Origin: Candidatus Heimdallarchaeota archaeon
Lineage (GTDB): Archaea > Asgardarchaeota > Wukongarchaeia > Wukongarchaeales > JBHIFL01
Length of the DNA: 22,263 bases
Direction: 5' to 3'
Assembly (NCBI GenBank): GCA_046761065.1
Contig: JBHIFL010000063.1
Location: 1 to 22,263 of the forward strand
The notes under the pieces were generated by a model that saw only the letters and a list, made by a program, of their open reading frames with translations, had not been told where the DNA came from and ran no database searches. Position numbers and translations under genes: made by a program. Below, piece by piece: positions 1 to 9,643 of this stretch (the first letter of the stretch is position 1; the number at the start of each line of letters is the position of its first letter).

Positions 1-77
1 TTCATAATATCTAGATATATATCTCCCCCTCATTGTGGGTGTAACAGAGTACTAGTTTTTGTGAACTGCAATTTTTT

Positions 78-516
78 TCAGCTTACCTTAGCTTTTTCTT
101 CCAACCAAGTTAGGATAATGGTTTGATACTCGTTGAAATCCTTAACAAGACCTCTTAAAGCGGTGAAAAGAATATCGTAATCGATAGTTTCATATTGATG
201 GACGATAAGGTTTCGCATTTTGATCAGAGAGCTAAATGTGCTTGCTTTTTCATGTGGGAGAATATCAAGCTCAGATAATCGTTGCATACATTCAGAATAA
301 GATTGAGGGACTTGGATATTAGAATGAGCAATAATATGAATGCATACATCCCAGTATAATCTGACTAAGCACCTCATAAAGTCGTTCAGCTTGGAGTTGC
401 AGATCTAAACGTTCGAGAAATTCCTCTTTTGAAAAAGAAGTCATTTTTTCAGCTACTTCTAAATACTTCTTTCCAAAATTGAATTTTTCTTTAATTCGAA
501 TCGAATCAATAGACAC
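78..516 (-). pseudogene. hepT: HepT-like (DUF86) HEPN ribonuclease toxin, frameshifted
   Basis: ORFs 319..516 and 78..377 join into one 145-aa protein if one G is removed from CTGGGAT (ccc at 350-352), giving ...LYEVLSQIILDVCIHIIAH...KMRNLIVHQYETID. It has the HEPN R-X4-H-X-Y motif (RNLIVHQY) and overlaps the upstream MNT gene. Confidence 0.88.
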
Positions 517-973
517 GGTAGTTCAACTTTGTTTGCTTTAAACTCAGATTTAACATGTTTTCATACCAAATAATATGATCATAATACAGTTTCATAATTC
601 GCTCTTTATAGTCTAACCGTGTCTTTTCAGATTTCTCATAAAGAACAATACCCTCAGCAATAACCTGAAATTGCACATGAATCGGTAATGTTTCAAGGAT
701 CCAAACCTCTAAAGTTGAAATGCCCGTGACTTGTTCAGCTTCGGTATTTAATGAAACGAGCATATCAAAGGTCGTTTGATCATCAATTGTATGTATCCTA
801 GGGATTGAAACAAAAACATCAATGTCACTCCACCGCGTTACTTGCCCTGTTGCCCAAGAACCCGCTAAATAAACAAATTGACAATTATATTTTTCAAATA
901 TTGGGGTGAGTTTCGATTTTAGAGCAACAACTAGATCCTTAAGGTTAAGGGAAGCATTGTCCTTATTTTGCAT
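506..973 (-). CDS. mntA: Minimal nucleotidyltransferase (MntA-type antitoxin)
   Basis: GS-X10-DXD motif (YLAGSWATGQVTRWSDIDVFV) and C-terminal LPIHVQFQVIAEGIVLYE. The ATG at 973 gives 155 aa. Its stop overlaps the HEPN GTG start region. Confidence 0.88.
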   Translation of the reverse strand: MQNKDNASLNLKDLVVALKSKLTPIFEKYNCQFVYLAGSWATGQVTRWSDIDVFVSIPRIHTIDDQTTFDMLVSLNTEAEQVTGISTLEVWILETLPIHVQFQVIAEGIVLYEKSEKTRLDYKERIMKLYYDHIIWYENMLNLSLKQTKLNYRVY

Positions 974-1524
974 CTTAATTATAAGAGAAGCATATGGGAA
1001 TAAAAAGACTTTGATAAAACGTGACCTGCACTGTAGGGTGTAGCGGAGCTCCATTCATGGCCGTCTTTAAAGTACAACAATAGCCGATCTGATATGATTT
1101 CAGGTTTTGAATCACTCATTCTGACCGAATTATACTTTTCCACCGTTGAAGTAATCTGCCCATCTCCAATGTGACTGCCAAGGGCCTAGATTTTCCCATT
1201 TACCACTCTCAGTAAACTGTTAAATTGGTTATTAACTCTCTTATTGAATCACTTAGTCGGCAATATCAAAGTAAAGAGGGAACTCAAGTGGAATCTTAAG
1301 CACCCATCATATCGCGAAGGATTACCAGAGACTGTTAAGACGCTATAGAAGATTACATGACAGACAATCTCCTAACAGCCACTTTAAGCTCCTAACTTGC
1401 GGCTATTAAGGGAATTATTAAGGCGATTCGAATCTTGAAGTGTTTTTGAGTCCAATTTGGAACGGAAAAAAAGCCACAAATGTTTTTAAGTAAACTGATG
1501 ATCTTACATGCCGAGATGAGAAGA

Positions 1525-3267
1525 ATGAATGCCGCAAAATTGCTTTTGCAGATATTAAAGGAACACGATATTAGACATGTTTTTGGGTTGCCAGGTGAGA
1601 CTACACTCCCTTTATATGCTGCATGGCAAGATTTGGAACCCTTTCCAATTGAACATGTTTTAGCTCGAGATGAAAGAAGTGCTGTTTTCATGGCAGATGC
1701 ATATGCGAGAGTTAGCTTTCAGCCCGGAGTGTGCGAATCACCTAGTGTCGGATCAACTCACTTGGTTCCCGGTGTGGTGGAAGCATATAAAGCCTCAGTT
1801 CCAATGTTAGTTTTTACCTCAGATTGTCCACTTCATCTTGAAACAAGAAATATGCTAACAAGCTTTAATCAAACTGCACTTTTTCAAGGAATTACTAAGG
1901 ACACTATTACAGTAACGAAAGGTTCTGAGATTCCCAATATTCTTCGAAGAGCATTTAGAATCGCAACCACGGGGAAACCCGGACCAGTACATGTCAGATT
2001 ACCAATGGATATACTAGAAGAAGAGATAGATGATTCAGAAATAGATACTCAAATTTATGCACAGAAGGATTTTACAAAATATCCAGGGCATCGCCCTATC
2101 GCAGGATTTGAGAAGATCAACGAAGCTTTAAACTTATTATATAATGCAGAAAGACCAGTTCTGATATGCGGGCAAGGAGTACTGTATTCTCAAGCGTGGG
2201 ATGAAGTTACAGAGTTTGCAGAACTCTTTGGGGTACCTGTTGGAACTACCATTACTGGGAAAGGGAGTATTGCCGAAACACATCCTCTATCGATCGGAGT
2301 TATTGGAAGCCGCGGAGGAACAAGATTTTCAAACAAGATTGTAAGAAACGCCGATTTAATCTTTTATATTGGATGTAACACCGACTCGGCTGGAACATCA
2401 AAATGGACATTGCCAGCTCAGGATTCAGACACCAAAATCATTCATTTAGATATTAGTGGAGTTGAAACGGGAAACAATTACCGAACAGATGTGGTTTTGA
2501 TCGGGGACGCAAAAGCCACGTTATCGCGAATGATAAAGGTTGCAACCATTAAAATAACGCCAGATAAGTATGAAGAACTCCCCCGGATCAAACAAATTCT
2601 CAAGGAAGCGAAAGAATATAATGAATTTATAAAAGAAGTTAGCCAATCGGATGAAAAACCAGTACACCCCATGCGATTTATCCAAGAGCTGGTACAAGCC
2701 CTACCAAATGAGCATATCTTAGTTACAGACCCTGGAATCAGTGCAATCTATCCCTCCGCATTCTACAAGGTGAGAAAAGCCGGAAGAAGCATTATATTCA
2801 ATTATGCTCTCGGCGCGTTGGGATACGCGATCCCTGCATCGGTTGGGGCTTATTATGCAAAACCTGAAAGTTGTATCGTTGCATTAACAGGAGATGGCAG
2901 CTATGGATTTTCTGTAGGAGAGTTCGAAACCATTAGTAGAATGGGTGGTAATATTAACATTATTCTCTTCAACAATAGATGTTATGGGTGGATAAAAGCG
3001 GAACTTCAAGCCTCGTATGGCTCCAAATATGTTGATTTTTCAACGAACTTTAAGGAGATTGACTATCAAAAAATTGCTGAAGGTTTTGGGTTAGTAGCTT
3101 TTAAAGTTGAAAAGGCTAAAGATCTTTCTGAAACTCTTCAAAAGGCTGTTAAACTCCATGAACCTACGTTTACAGAGTTGATAGTAAAACCAGAGAACGA
3201 GTTAATTCCTCCAGTCCCGTCTTGGGTTAAAAAAGCTGAAGAAATCGGGCTAAAATACGTTTATTAA
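1525..3267 (+). CDS. Thiamine-diphosphate-dependent enzyme, acetolactate synthase large subunit-like fold
   Basis: VFGLPG, catalytic Glu in ARDER, GKPGPVHVRLP and the ThDP/Mg motif GDGS...NN. The start is uncertain (1480, 1516 or 1525). Confidence 0.9.
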   Translation: MNAAKLLLQILKEHDIRHVFGLPGETTLPLYAAWQDLEPFPIEHVLARDERSAVFMADAYARVSFQPGVCESPSVGSTHLVPGVVEAYKASVPMLVFTSDCPLHLETRNMLTSFNQTALFQGITKDTITVTKGSEIPNILRRAFRIATTGKPGPVHVRLPMDILEEEIDDSEIDTQIYAQKDFTKYPGHRPIAGFEKINEALNLLYNAERPVLICGQGVLYSQAWDEVTEFAELFGVPVGTTITGKGSIAETHPLSIGVIGSRGGTRFSNKIVRNADLIFYIGCNTDSAGTSKWTLPAQDSDTKIIHLDISGVETGNNYRTDVVLIGDAKATLSRMIKVATIKITPDKYEELPRIKQILKEAKEYNEFIKEVSQSDEKPVHPMRFIQELVQALPNEHILVTDPGISAIYPSAFYKVRKAGRSIIFNYALGALGYAIPASVGAYYAKPESCIVALTGDGSYGFSVGEFETISRMGGNINIILFNNRCYGWIKAELQASYGSKYVDFSTNFKEIDYQKIAEGFGLVAFKVEKAKDLSETLQKAVKLHEPTFTELIVKPENELIPPVPSWVKKAEEIGLKYVY

Positions 3268-3391
3268 GCGATCTTCATGGAAATCTAATAAAGAAACTGC
3301 CACCTAATCGATTATAAAGTAAGCTAGTTATGTGTAGTTATTGTCTTGTTTTTGTTTTCTTTTGGGGTCTGTTATCTGTTCTATATGTATC

Positions 3392-4510
3392 TTACGGGGT
3401 AAAGATCGGAAAGGGTACGGGAATGAAGGATAGAATGAAAATGATGATGGCAATGATCCCAAGAGCCAAATTTTTGGCATCCACTTTTGTGACATCATCA
3501 AGAGGGAAAACCCCACGACCTCCTAGCATAAACGCTATAAAGGCCCAAAACCACCATCCTTCATAACCGAGTACAGCCCCTAAAATAACTAGACCAGCAA
3601 TTGCTGCCATAGACACCCGTCTCGCCCAGACATCGCCAAGAACTGCACGACTAATATGGCCACCATCTAGCTGACCAATAGGTATCAAGTTGATTGAGGT
3701 GACCAGAAGTCCTACCCAGCCAGCAAATGCAACTGGGTGGAGAAATAAAGTCATTCCCTCAGGTGGGAGTGAGCCTTTGACAACAATGACAATCTGCGTG
3801 AATAATAGTGATGAGCCCAAAAAAAAGGCTCCTGGTTCCTCAGGGATTTCTCCAAACTCGGATAGCAGAACCCCTATAATAATTGCAACCACTGAAAGAA
3901 CAAAACTTGTGAATGGCCCGGTGAAACCGATCTTTAGCAAGGATTTGCGGTTCAGAATCGGTGATCTGATTTGAATGAATGCGCCAAATGTCCCAATGGG
4001 GAAAATTGGAACAGGTAAGAAATAGGGGAATGTAGCATGAACTCCACTTCTCTTGCTTTGGATGTAGTGACCCAACTCGTGTAACCCTAAGATGGTCATG
4101 ATAGAAAACGAATAGAGTCCTGCCAACCCCAGAACTCTCCAGGAAAAAGTAAATGATTCGAAATCGAGGTAACCTAAACTGTGTATATAACCAATATACA
4201 ATGTCGAAGCAATTGTTGCGAAAAACAAGACAATATTGAGCCAAGGACCGCGAGTCTCTCTTTTTGGTGGAAGCAGTCCTATAGCAAGCAGAAGCTTCCC
4301 TTCTTTTTCTCTCAGGATAGGAATTCGCCCTGATGGCTCAAGGCGTTCTTTCACGGCCATAAGGCTACTGTGAAGATCGAATAGTCGTGGTCGAACAACA
4401 AACTGCACATAATTTGGAGTAAATGCGAGTTCTAATATTTCAAAACCGCTCTCAATGGCATCTCTAAGCTCTGAATCCATCTTCCAGGCAAGAGTTGGGT
4501 CTGATTCCAT
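3392..4510 (-). CDS. Site-2 protease family (M50) intramembrane zinc metalloprotease
   Basis: HELGH zinc motif, NLIPIGQLDGGH motif and multiple hydrophobic segments. GGTGA ribosome-binding site upstream of the ATG. Confidence 0.93.
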   Translation of the reverse strand: MESDPTLAWKMDSELRDAIESGFEILELAFTPNYVQFVVRPRLFDLHSSLMAVKERLEPSGRIPILREKEGKLLLAIGLLPPKRETRGPWLNIVLFFATIASTLYIGYIHSLGYLDFESFTFSWRVLGLAGLYSFSIMTILGLHELGHYIQSKRSGVHATFPYFLPVPIFPIGTFGAFIQIRSPILNRKSLLKIGFTGPFTSFVLSVVAIIIGVLLSEFGEIPEEPGAFFLGSSLLFTQIVIVVKGSLPPEGMTLFLHPVAFAGWVGLLVTSINLIPIGQLDGGHISRAVLGDVWARRVSMAAIAGLVILGAVLGYEGWWFWAFIAFMLGGRGVFPLDDVTKVDAKNLALGIIAIIIFILSFIPVPFPIFTP

Positions 4511-4770
4511 TCAAGTCACCATGATTAAAAAGAACGATCAGCCATGAACTGGCTAAATATCTCTTATTCGTCCAGCTATAAAAGTCTCTCCTTCTTCCCC
4601 CTGATGTAGATGAAAATTCGACAAAAAACAAGGCAATGCATTCGAAACCTAGACACTAACAATTGAAATTAAATAATCGGGGATGTTTATATATCATATG
4701 AGTGTGAAAACCCATGGTTGTAGTAGAACGGGCTTGTTCTTTCGCTTCTTTTTTATAAGTGGGAAAATAG

Positions 4771-5074
4771 TCACTCTTCATATATCTTTACCACAATATC
4801 GGTTATTTTATCACCACCACTTATATTAAGATCCATTAGACATGATGATATCGCACAAATCGTATCCATCAACGCTCGTAAAAAAAGACTTCCATCCTGC
4901 TTTTCTATTATACTTAATTCAAGAGTATTTGATTCGCTGTAGACAATGCCCATTCATCTGATCCCTAAGCCCAAAAAAAGATACTATACGATCGATTTCG
5001 CTTGCGAATGGCGTGAGTGACTCAATCGATAGAATGAGGGCCTTCTTGTTCATAGCATGGGTATATTAAATGTC
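4771..5074 (-). pseudogene. Degenerate internal fragment of an M19 membrane dipeptidase
   Basis: Hand translation with one frameshift gives DI*YTHAMNKKALILSIESLTPFASEIDRIVSFFGL/GIR*MGIVYSESNTLELSIIEKQDGSL. This aligns without gaps to DILNAHEAGKCALVLTLESLSPIENEIDRIDVLYGLGIRSMGICYSESNMLGSGMRENQDGGL of the gene at 10587-11798 (35/63 identical by manual count). Confidence 0.88.
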
Positions 5075-5077
5075 AAA

Positions 5078-5283
5078 ATTTCCATACTTGTCCGCAATGA
5101 ATCCAAAAATAGGAGCGAGAAATGCAGCAAGGAAGTGTATAGATCTGCAATAACTAGTCCAATATCCTCTTCAGAATCATTCAATGCAATCTGAATCAAA
5201 GGTAGGACTAGTGCAAAAAGTTACAGTCGATAATATGTGGGATAGATAATTTAACTCAAATGGGAGTTATATCCCGCCTTCAT
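5078..5283 (-). pseudogene. N-terminal remnant of an MFS transporter
   Basis: From the ATG at 5283, with two stops and two 1-nt insertions, it reads ...LFALVLPLIQIALNDSEEDIGLVIA(IYTLP)AAFLAPIFGFIADKYG, i.e. TM1-TM2 plus the start of MFS motif A (GxxxDxxG). Confidence 0.7.
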
Positions 5284-5295
5284 ATTGGATTTTGA

Positions 5296-5658
5296 CTAGA
5301 CATGTAGTTCTTTCTTATCCTGTTCTTGCCGTTCCTTATTTTGCCTATAAAAGCGGTCTAGGTCTTTTTCAGCTGTTACAATAATATAGATAAATCCTAA
5401 GGCTGTAACAAATATTGTAGGAATGATAAAACCGAACCAGTCTCCAGGGATTAAGGGGCCGAATACGTAATAAAACGCATATTCTTCGTTATAATTAAAC
5501 CCGAGGAGCTGGTTGAGTCCAATCCAAATAATCCCTGAGAGGAGAGATACCAAGATGAAAGCTATTAGTGCTTTACGACCCTGTAACATAATCCCTATCC
5601 AGCAAAAAGCAACCAGTATGATGGTGACAATCATATTCCCTAAACCACCTAGTTCCAT
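5296..5658 (-). CDS. Small membrane protein (about 3 TM helices), unknown function
   Basis: 120-aa ORF with three hydrophobic stretches and a charged C-terminal tail. Confidence 0.7.
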   Translation of the reverse strand: MELGGLGNMIVTIILVAFCWIGIMLQGRKALIAFILVSLLSGIIWIGLNQLLGFNYNEEYAFYYVFGPLIPGDWFGFIIPTIFVTALGFIYIIVTAEKDLDRFYRQNKERQEQDKKELHV

Positions 5659-5991
5659 CTTTTAAATTGGTTAATTTATTGAGTACTCAGTCTTTGGTTA
5701 AATTAAGAGTTTAAGGTTTAAGGCATCGAAACGTTCAATGATGACATTCCTGCTTCGGAAGAGGGATTGGACCTCCTGTATTTCTTTTCATGCCAACTCA
5801 TTGATTGTACTTGTCTGGCTATTTTATTTTAGTTTCGATTAGTTCAAAATTATTCTAAATTCAATTATTTAACTCGTATTTATTATTCATTTCTTCTTAT
5901 TATTGGCACATTATTCAAAGCATCAGCTAACCAAAGACGTTATAATTGCATTTTAGGAGAATGGAATGAAAAATTCTGAGATGTCTCGAAA

Positions 5992-6384
5992 ATGTTTGAA
6001 GAAATTAGTATTTCTACAAATCAGAAGATCAATATCGTGGATATCACAGCCAAAGTTGAAGAACAGGTAAAAAAGAGTGGGGTCGCTACAGGCATTTGTT
6101 CCATAATTACCTTACACTCCACCGCAGCCGTGATTCTCCAAGAGGTCGAACATTCTCTACTCGAGGATCTCAATATGAAACTCGAAGAAATCTTCTACCA
6201 AAGCCCGTATCGCCACAGGAATGCAGCTGCGCATCTAGCTACTAGCTTTCTAGGTCAATCTGTTACGCTCGCAATAAGAAATTCCTTACTGAGACGAGGA
6301 ACATGGCAACAAATCCTTCTTGTTGAACTCGATGGGCCAAGAACTCGATCTGTCGCAATTCAGATCATAAAAGATGAAGGATAG
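5992..6384 (+). CDS. yjbQ: YjbQ/UPF0047 family protein
   Basis: IVDIT, HSTAAV, NAAAHL and GTWQQILLVELDGPRTR family motifs; 130 aa. Confidence 0.92.
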   Translation: MFEEISISTNQKINIVDITAKVEEQVKKSGVATGICSIITLHSTAAVILQEVEHSLLEDLNMKLEEIFYQSPYRHRNAAAHLATSFLGQSVTLAIRNSLLRRGTWQQILLVELDGPRTRSVAIQIIKDEG

Positions 6385-6433
6385 GTAACATTATATCTCT
6401 ACTATATTCAACAGGGATCTTTCGTAAACGATT

Positions 6434-7588
6434 TCATGTTTTTGTCTTTATTTCTTCAAGTAATTCATGAATCAACGCCAATCCAGCTATCAGATAATCT
6501 GTTTCCGGTCCATAACCGATTCGGAGATGGTGATCATATCCAAAATGATCCCCTGGTACGACAAGGCAGCTTTTTTCATGAAGCAGTCGTTGAACCAACT
6601 CTGTTGAATTGATGTCTAAATTGTATTTTACAAAGGCTATCGCTCCTGCTTTGGGGGGAATGACTTCAAATAGCTCACCATGGCCTATGAACCATTCATT
6701 GAGCACGGGCCAGTTCGTCTGTAGAATTGATCTCGTTCGTTCGAGGAGCATAGGCCTGACTTCTGGGTGGAGTGTGACTTGTGCTAAAAAGTCGCTTAGA
6801 TTCGAAGGAGAAATAGTCGTGTAGTCTTTATACTTCCAAAATTCCGCAATCTGCGTTTCATCATGGCTGACAATCCAACCAATTCGCAAACCGGGCAACC
6901 CATAGGCTTTAGAAAGTCCAGAAATTGCTAAGACTTGATCATAGTAATCATATATGGTCGGAGTTATCAGTCCCTCCCGTTCTGCACCTTGGTAGACTTC
7001 ATCGGAAAGTATCCACGCATCATAATCTGCGGCAAGGTCTGCAATTATCTTCAGTTGTGTCGCGTCTAATACGGCACCTGTGGGGTTATTCGGGTTGACA
7101 ATCGCAATGGCGCGGGTTTTCTTGGAAACGGAGTCCTGAAGTGCAGCAAGATCTGGAACCCATTCATTTTTCTCTTTTTTTAGAAAGAGCGGCTTTATTT
7201 GCGCTCCAAATGCTTCGGCAAGGCCCGGGATTTGCATGTAATTCGGAAGCATGAGCACAAGTTCGTTTTTTTCGTCATCTTTTTGATCAAAAAGGCTCCA
7301 CGTTGCAATATAATTTGCTTCGGCAGTACCATTTGTGATGATGACATTTTGTATACTTGCTTCATGATACATCTGTGCTATCAACATTCTGAGTTCCTCT
7401 GTCCCATTAGTCTGAGGATAGCCTAGTCTACGATTCAATAATTGTTTATGAAGTTCTTCTCCATTTTCTAGCATGTTCAAAAGCTCAGAAACTTTCAGTG
7501 GCTCGACCCCACTCTCAGACAAATTATATCGCACAATATTTTCCCATTCGGATTGAAGGCGCTCCATTTTGAACGGTTCAAGTACCAT
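6434..7588 (-). CDS. PLP-dependent aminotransferase class I/II
   Basis: NPNNPTG, SDEVY and SGLSKAYGLPGLRIGW (PLP lysine). The ATG at 7588 is preferred over the TTG at 7597. Confidence 0.93.
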   Translation of the reverse strand: MVLEPFKMERLQSEWENIVRYNLSESGVEPLKVSELLNMLENGEELHKQLLNRRLGYPQTNGTEELRMLIAQMYHEASIQNVIITNGTAEANYIATWSLFDQKDDEKNELVLMLPNYMQIPGLAEAFGAQIKPLFLKKEKNEWVPDLAALQDSVSKKTRAIAIVNPNNPTGAVLDATQLKIIADLAADYDAWILSDEVYQGAEREGLITPTIYDYYDQVLAISGLSKAYGLPGLRIGWIVSHDETQIAEFWKYKDYTTISPSNLSDFLAQVTLHPEVRPMLLERTRSILQTNWPVLNEWFIGHGELFEVIPPKAGAIAFVKYNLDINSTELVQRLLHEKSCLVVPGDHFGYDHHLRIGYGPETDYLIAGLALIHELLEEIKTKT

Positions 7589-7844
7589 TGGAATCAATTC
7601 CTTGAGGTTGATGGGTTCACTTAATCACAATCTTTATGCTAGTAATTAATTTCCCACAAAACAATAGGATCTATCCTTTAATTATGAAAAGGTTTCTGTT
7701 CTGTTTCAATAAAGTTTGGATACAAATCAGATATCAACACTTGTAAATGCCTAAAGCTCTCTTCAGAAATTTCAGAATGTTTCACTTACCACAACAGAAG
7801 AAATATTTACGCACAGCAAGATGCGAGAGAAAGAGGTAGATACC

Positions 7845-8357
7845 ATGGATCCTAAAATTAAACAACGGTGTGAATGGGCGGAGGGAGATCCACTTATGGA
7901 ACACTATCATGATACAGAATGGGGGTTTCCTGCTAAAGACGATAATGAGTTGTTCGAACGGTTAACCCTTCAAATCTTTCAAGCAGGATTGAGTTGGAAA
8001 ATTATTTTAAATCGGCGGAAAGCCTTTCGGAAAGCCTTTTCAAACTTTAATGTTAAAGAAGTTGCCGATTATGGACCTACAGAGATGGAACGCCTCTTAA
8101 CAGATAAAAATATTATCCGGAATAAACTAAAGATTCAATCCACTATAGATAATGCTAAACGGATTCTAAAACTCCAAAAGAAGTATGGGAGTTTTCAAAA
8201 TTTTCTCGAGCAACTTCCCAATGAGCTTTCGGTACTTCAAAACGAACTGAAACGGACATTCAAATTTATCGGCCCCGAGATTGCTCGGATGTTTGTTATG
8301 AGCATCGGAAAAATTGAAGTTCCGCATGATCATTACTGTTGGCGCTACAAGGAATAA
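7845..8357 (+). CDS. tag: DNA-3-methyladenine glycosylase I-like protein
   Basis: RCEW...YHDTEWG, QAGLSW, IIRNKLKI, FKFIG and C-terminal H-x3-C zinc ligands. GAGGT ribosome-binding site before the ATG at 7845. Confidence 0.9.
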   Translation: MDPKIKQRCEWAEGDPLMEHYHDTEWGFPAKDDNELFERLTLQIFQAGLSWKIILNRRKAFRKAFSNFNVKEVADYGPTEMERLLTDKNIIRNKLKIQSTIDNAKRILKLQKKYGSFQNFLEQLPNELSVLQNELKRTFKFIGPEIARMFVMSIGKIEVPHDHYCWRYKE

Positions 8358-8601
8358 GGACATTCAATTAGTGGTTTATATGCGTAATGACCGATGTTCT
8401 TAGCGATTTTTTTGGTAGGATAAATTGTTGTAATGTTGCAGATATTTTGATGAGTCATCATTCTAGAATAAGAGGTTTTGCAAGTTTAAATGCATTAATA
8501 TAACACTAGCTGCCATAACAATCCATTTCAAAGGACCCATATGTCTCATAAAGTCCTAATCGACGTTTAACACTGATTAATTTCTTTCAAGAGGGACCAT
8601 T

Positions 8602-9567
8602 ATGGTTAGTATTCCGAATTTTAGTCCTGATAAGAGCAAAGAATTTATCAAACACATCAATTCCCCATTTGTTAATTTACTGTTTCAAAGGGATATCGAG
8701 CGCCTTCCTATTTCAGATCTTGCCTTTTTAGACCAACAAGAACACCTTTTATCCGAAGATGAGTTTACAAATTTGTTTGCACGGCAATTAGATACGGGAG
8801 GTTGGCTCTCACTGAGTGAAGACCGTGTGTATAATCCGATGTATCAGTCGACCATCTGGCATCTAATTTATCTGGGATATCTCGGTCTAAATGGAACTGT
8901 AATCCCTCACTTGACCAAAGCTGTTAATTACTGTTTTCGAAATTTCTATGATCAAGATGAACAAATATTTCCAAGCGTAAATCGGCGTTATTCTGGGTTT
9001 CTTCAATGTGTAAATGCAATGCTTTTGCGATCTCTACTCAAGATGGGTTTTGCGGATCAAGAAGAGGTTCATGAAGCGTCCTTAGCTCACTTAGATCGCA
9101 TCCATGGTGAAGAAGGCTATTGTCGGTATAAAAAGGGAGGATTCCGCTGTGGCTGGGGGTTGATCAAGGATTTACTCTTTTTAAACGAGTTTCCATCATC
9201 GTGGCGTAACAAAAAGTTCTCAGAAAGTGTCAAAACAAGCCAAGATTACTTACTTTCGTACAACCTATCTGAGGCAAAGCTTCCACGCGCAAAACTGCAG
9301 ATTAGCAGACACTGGCTGACTTATGCATATTTTCGTAGTTATCACAGTGATATTTTTGAAGCTGCTGAAGCTTTGGTTCTTACCGGAGTTAAGAACCACC
9401 GTGAGCTCACAAAAACCCTAAAAGTCATTGGTTCACATTGCCTTAATAGGGCCACTTGGAAATCTGAATATTATCAACCAAAGTGGCCATTCAAGCTCGA
9501 GAGAAGAGCCCCGAGCCCATGGTTGACCTTGAGGGGGCTGCGAATAACAGGTGCAAAGTCTTCTTGA
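8602..9567 (+). CDS. Hypothetical protein, probable prenyltransferase/terpene-cyclase-like alpha/alpha toroid
   Basis: 321-aa ORF with QLDTGGW (QW-like motif), YNPMYQSTIWHLIYLGYLG, YHSDIFEA and terminal PSPWLTLRGLR. The fold call is by pattern recognition only. Confidence 0.65.
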   Translation: MVSIPNFSPDKSKEFIKHINSPFVNLLFQRDIERLPISDLAFLDQQEHLLSEDEFTNLFARQLDTGGWLSLSEDRVYNPMYQSTIWHLIYLGYLGLNGTVIPHLTKAVNYCFRNFYDQDEQIFPSVNRRYSGFLQCVNAMLLRSLLKMGFADQEEVHEASLAHLDRIHGEEGYCRYKKGGFRCGWGLIKDLLFLNEFPSSWRNKKFSESVKTSQDYLLSYNLSEAKLPRAKLQISRHWLTYAYFRSYHSDIFEAAEALVLTGVKNHRELTKTLKVIGSHCLNRATWKSEYYQPKWPFKLERRAPSPWLTLRGLRITGAKSS

Positions 9568-9643
9568 GTTTATAGTATTCAAAGATTGAACTAACCGAGA
9601 CACATATAAGAGCGATACCAACCGTTTGGTGGATGGTGATAAT

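Noticed and set aside
974-1054. N-terminal extensions in the ORF track (mntA to 1054, dipeptidase to 11870, oppD to 22058)
   Set aside because: The extensions lack family similarity. Downstream ATGs fit typical lengths and, for the dipeptidase and oppD, have ribosome-binding sites.
1525-3267. Calling the ThDP enzyme ilvB
   Set aside because: AHAS-specific motifs are altered, and no regulatory subunit or ilv genes are adjacent.
5722-5794. tRNA-sized stretch with GGCAT/ATGCC ends, two short hairpins and an ATGATGA C-box-like word
   Set aside because: The stems are only 4-5 bp, there is no T-loop or D-loop consensus, and no CTGA D box follows.
5940-5992. CTGAGA upstream of yjbQ as a possible TPP riboswitch
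   Set aside because: The rest of the aptamer consensus and its stems are absent.
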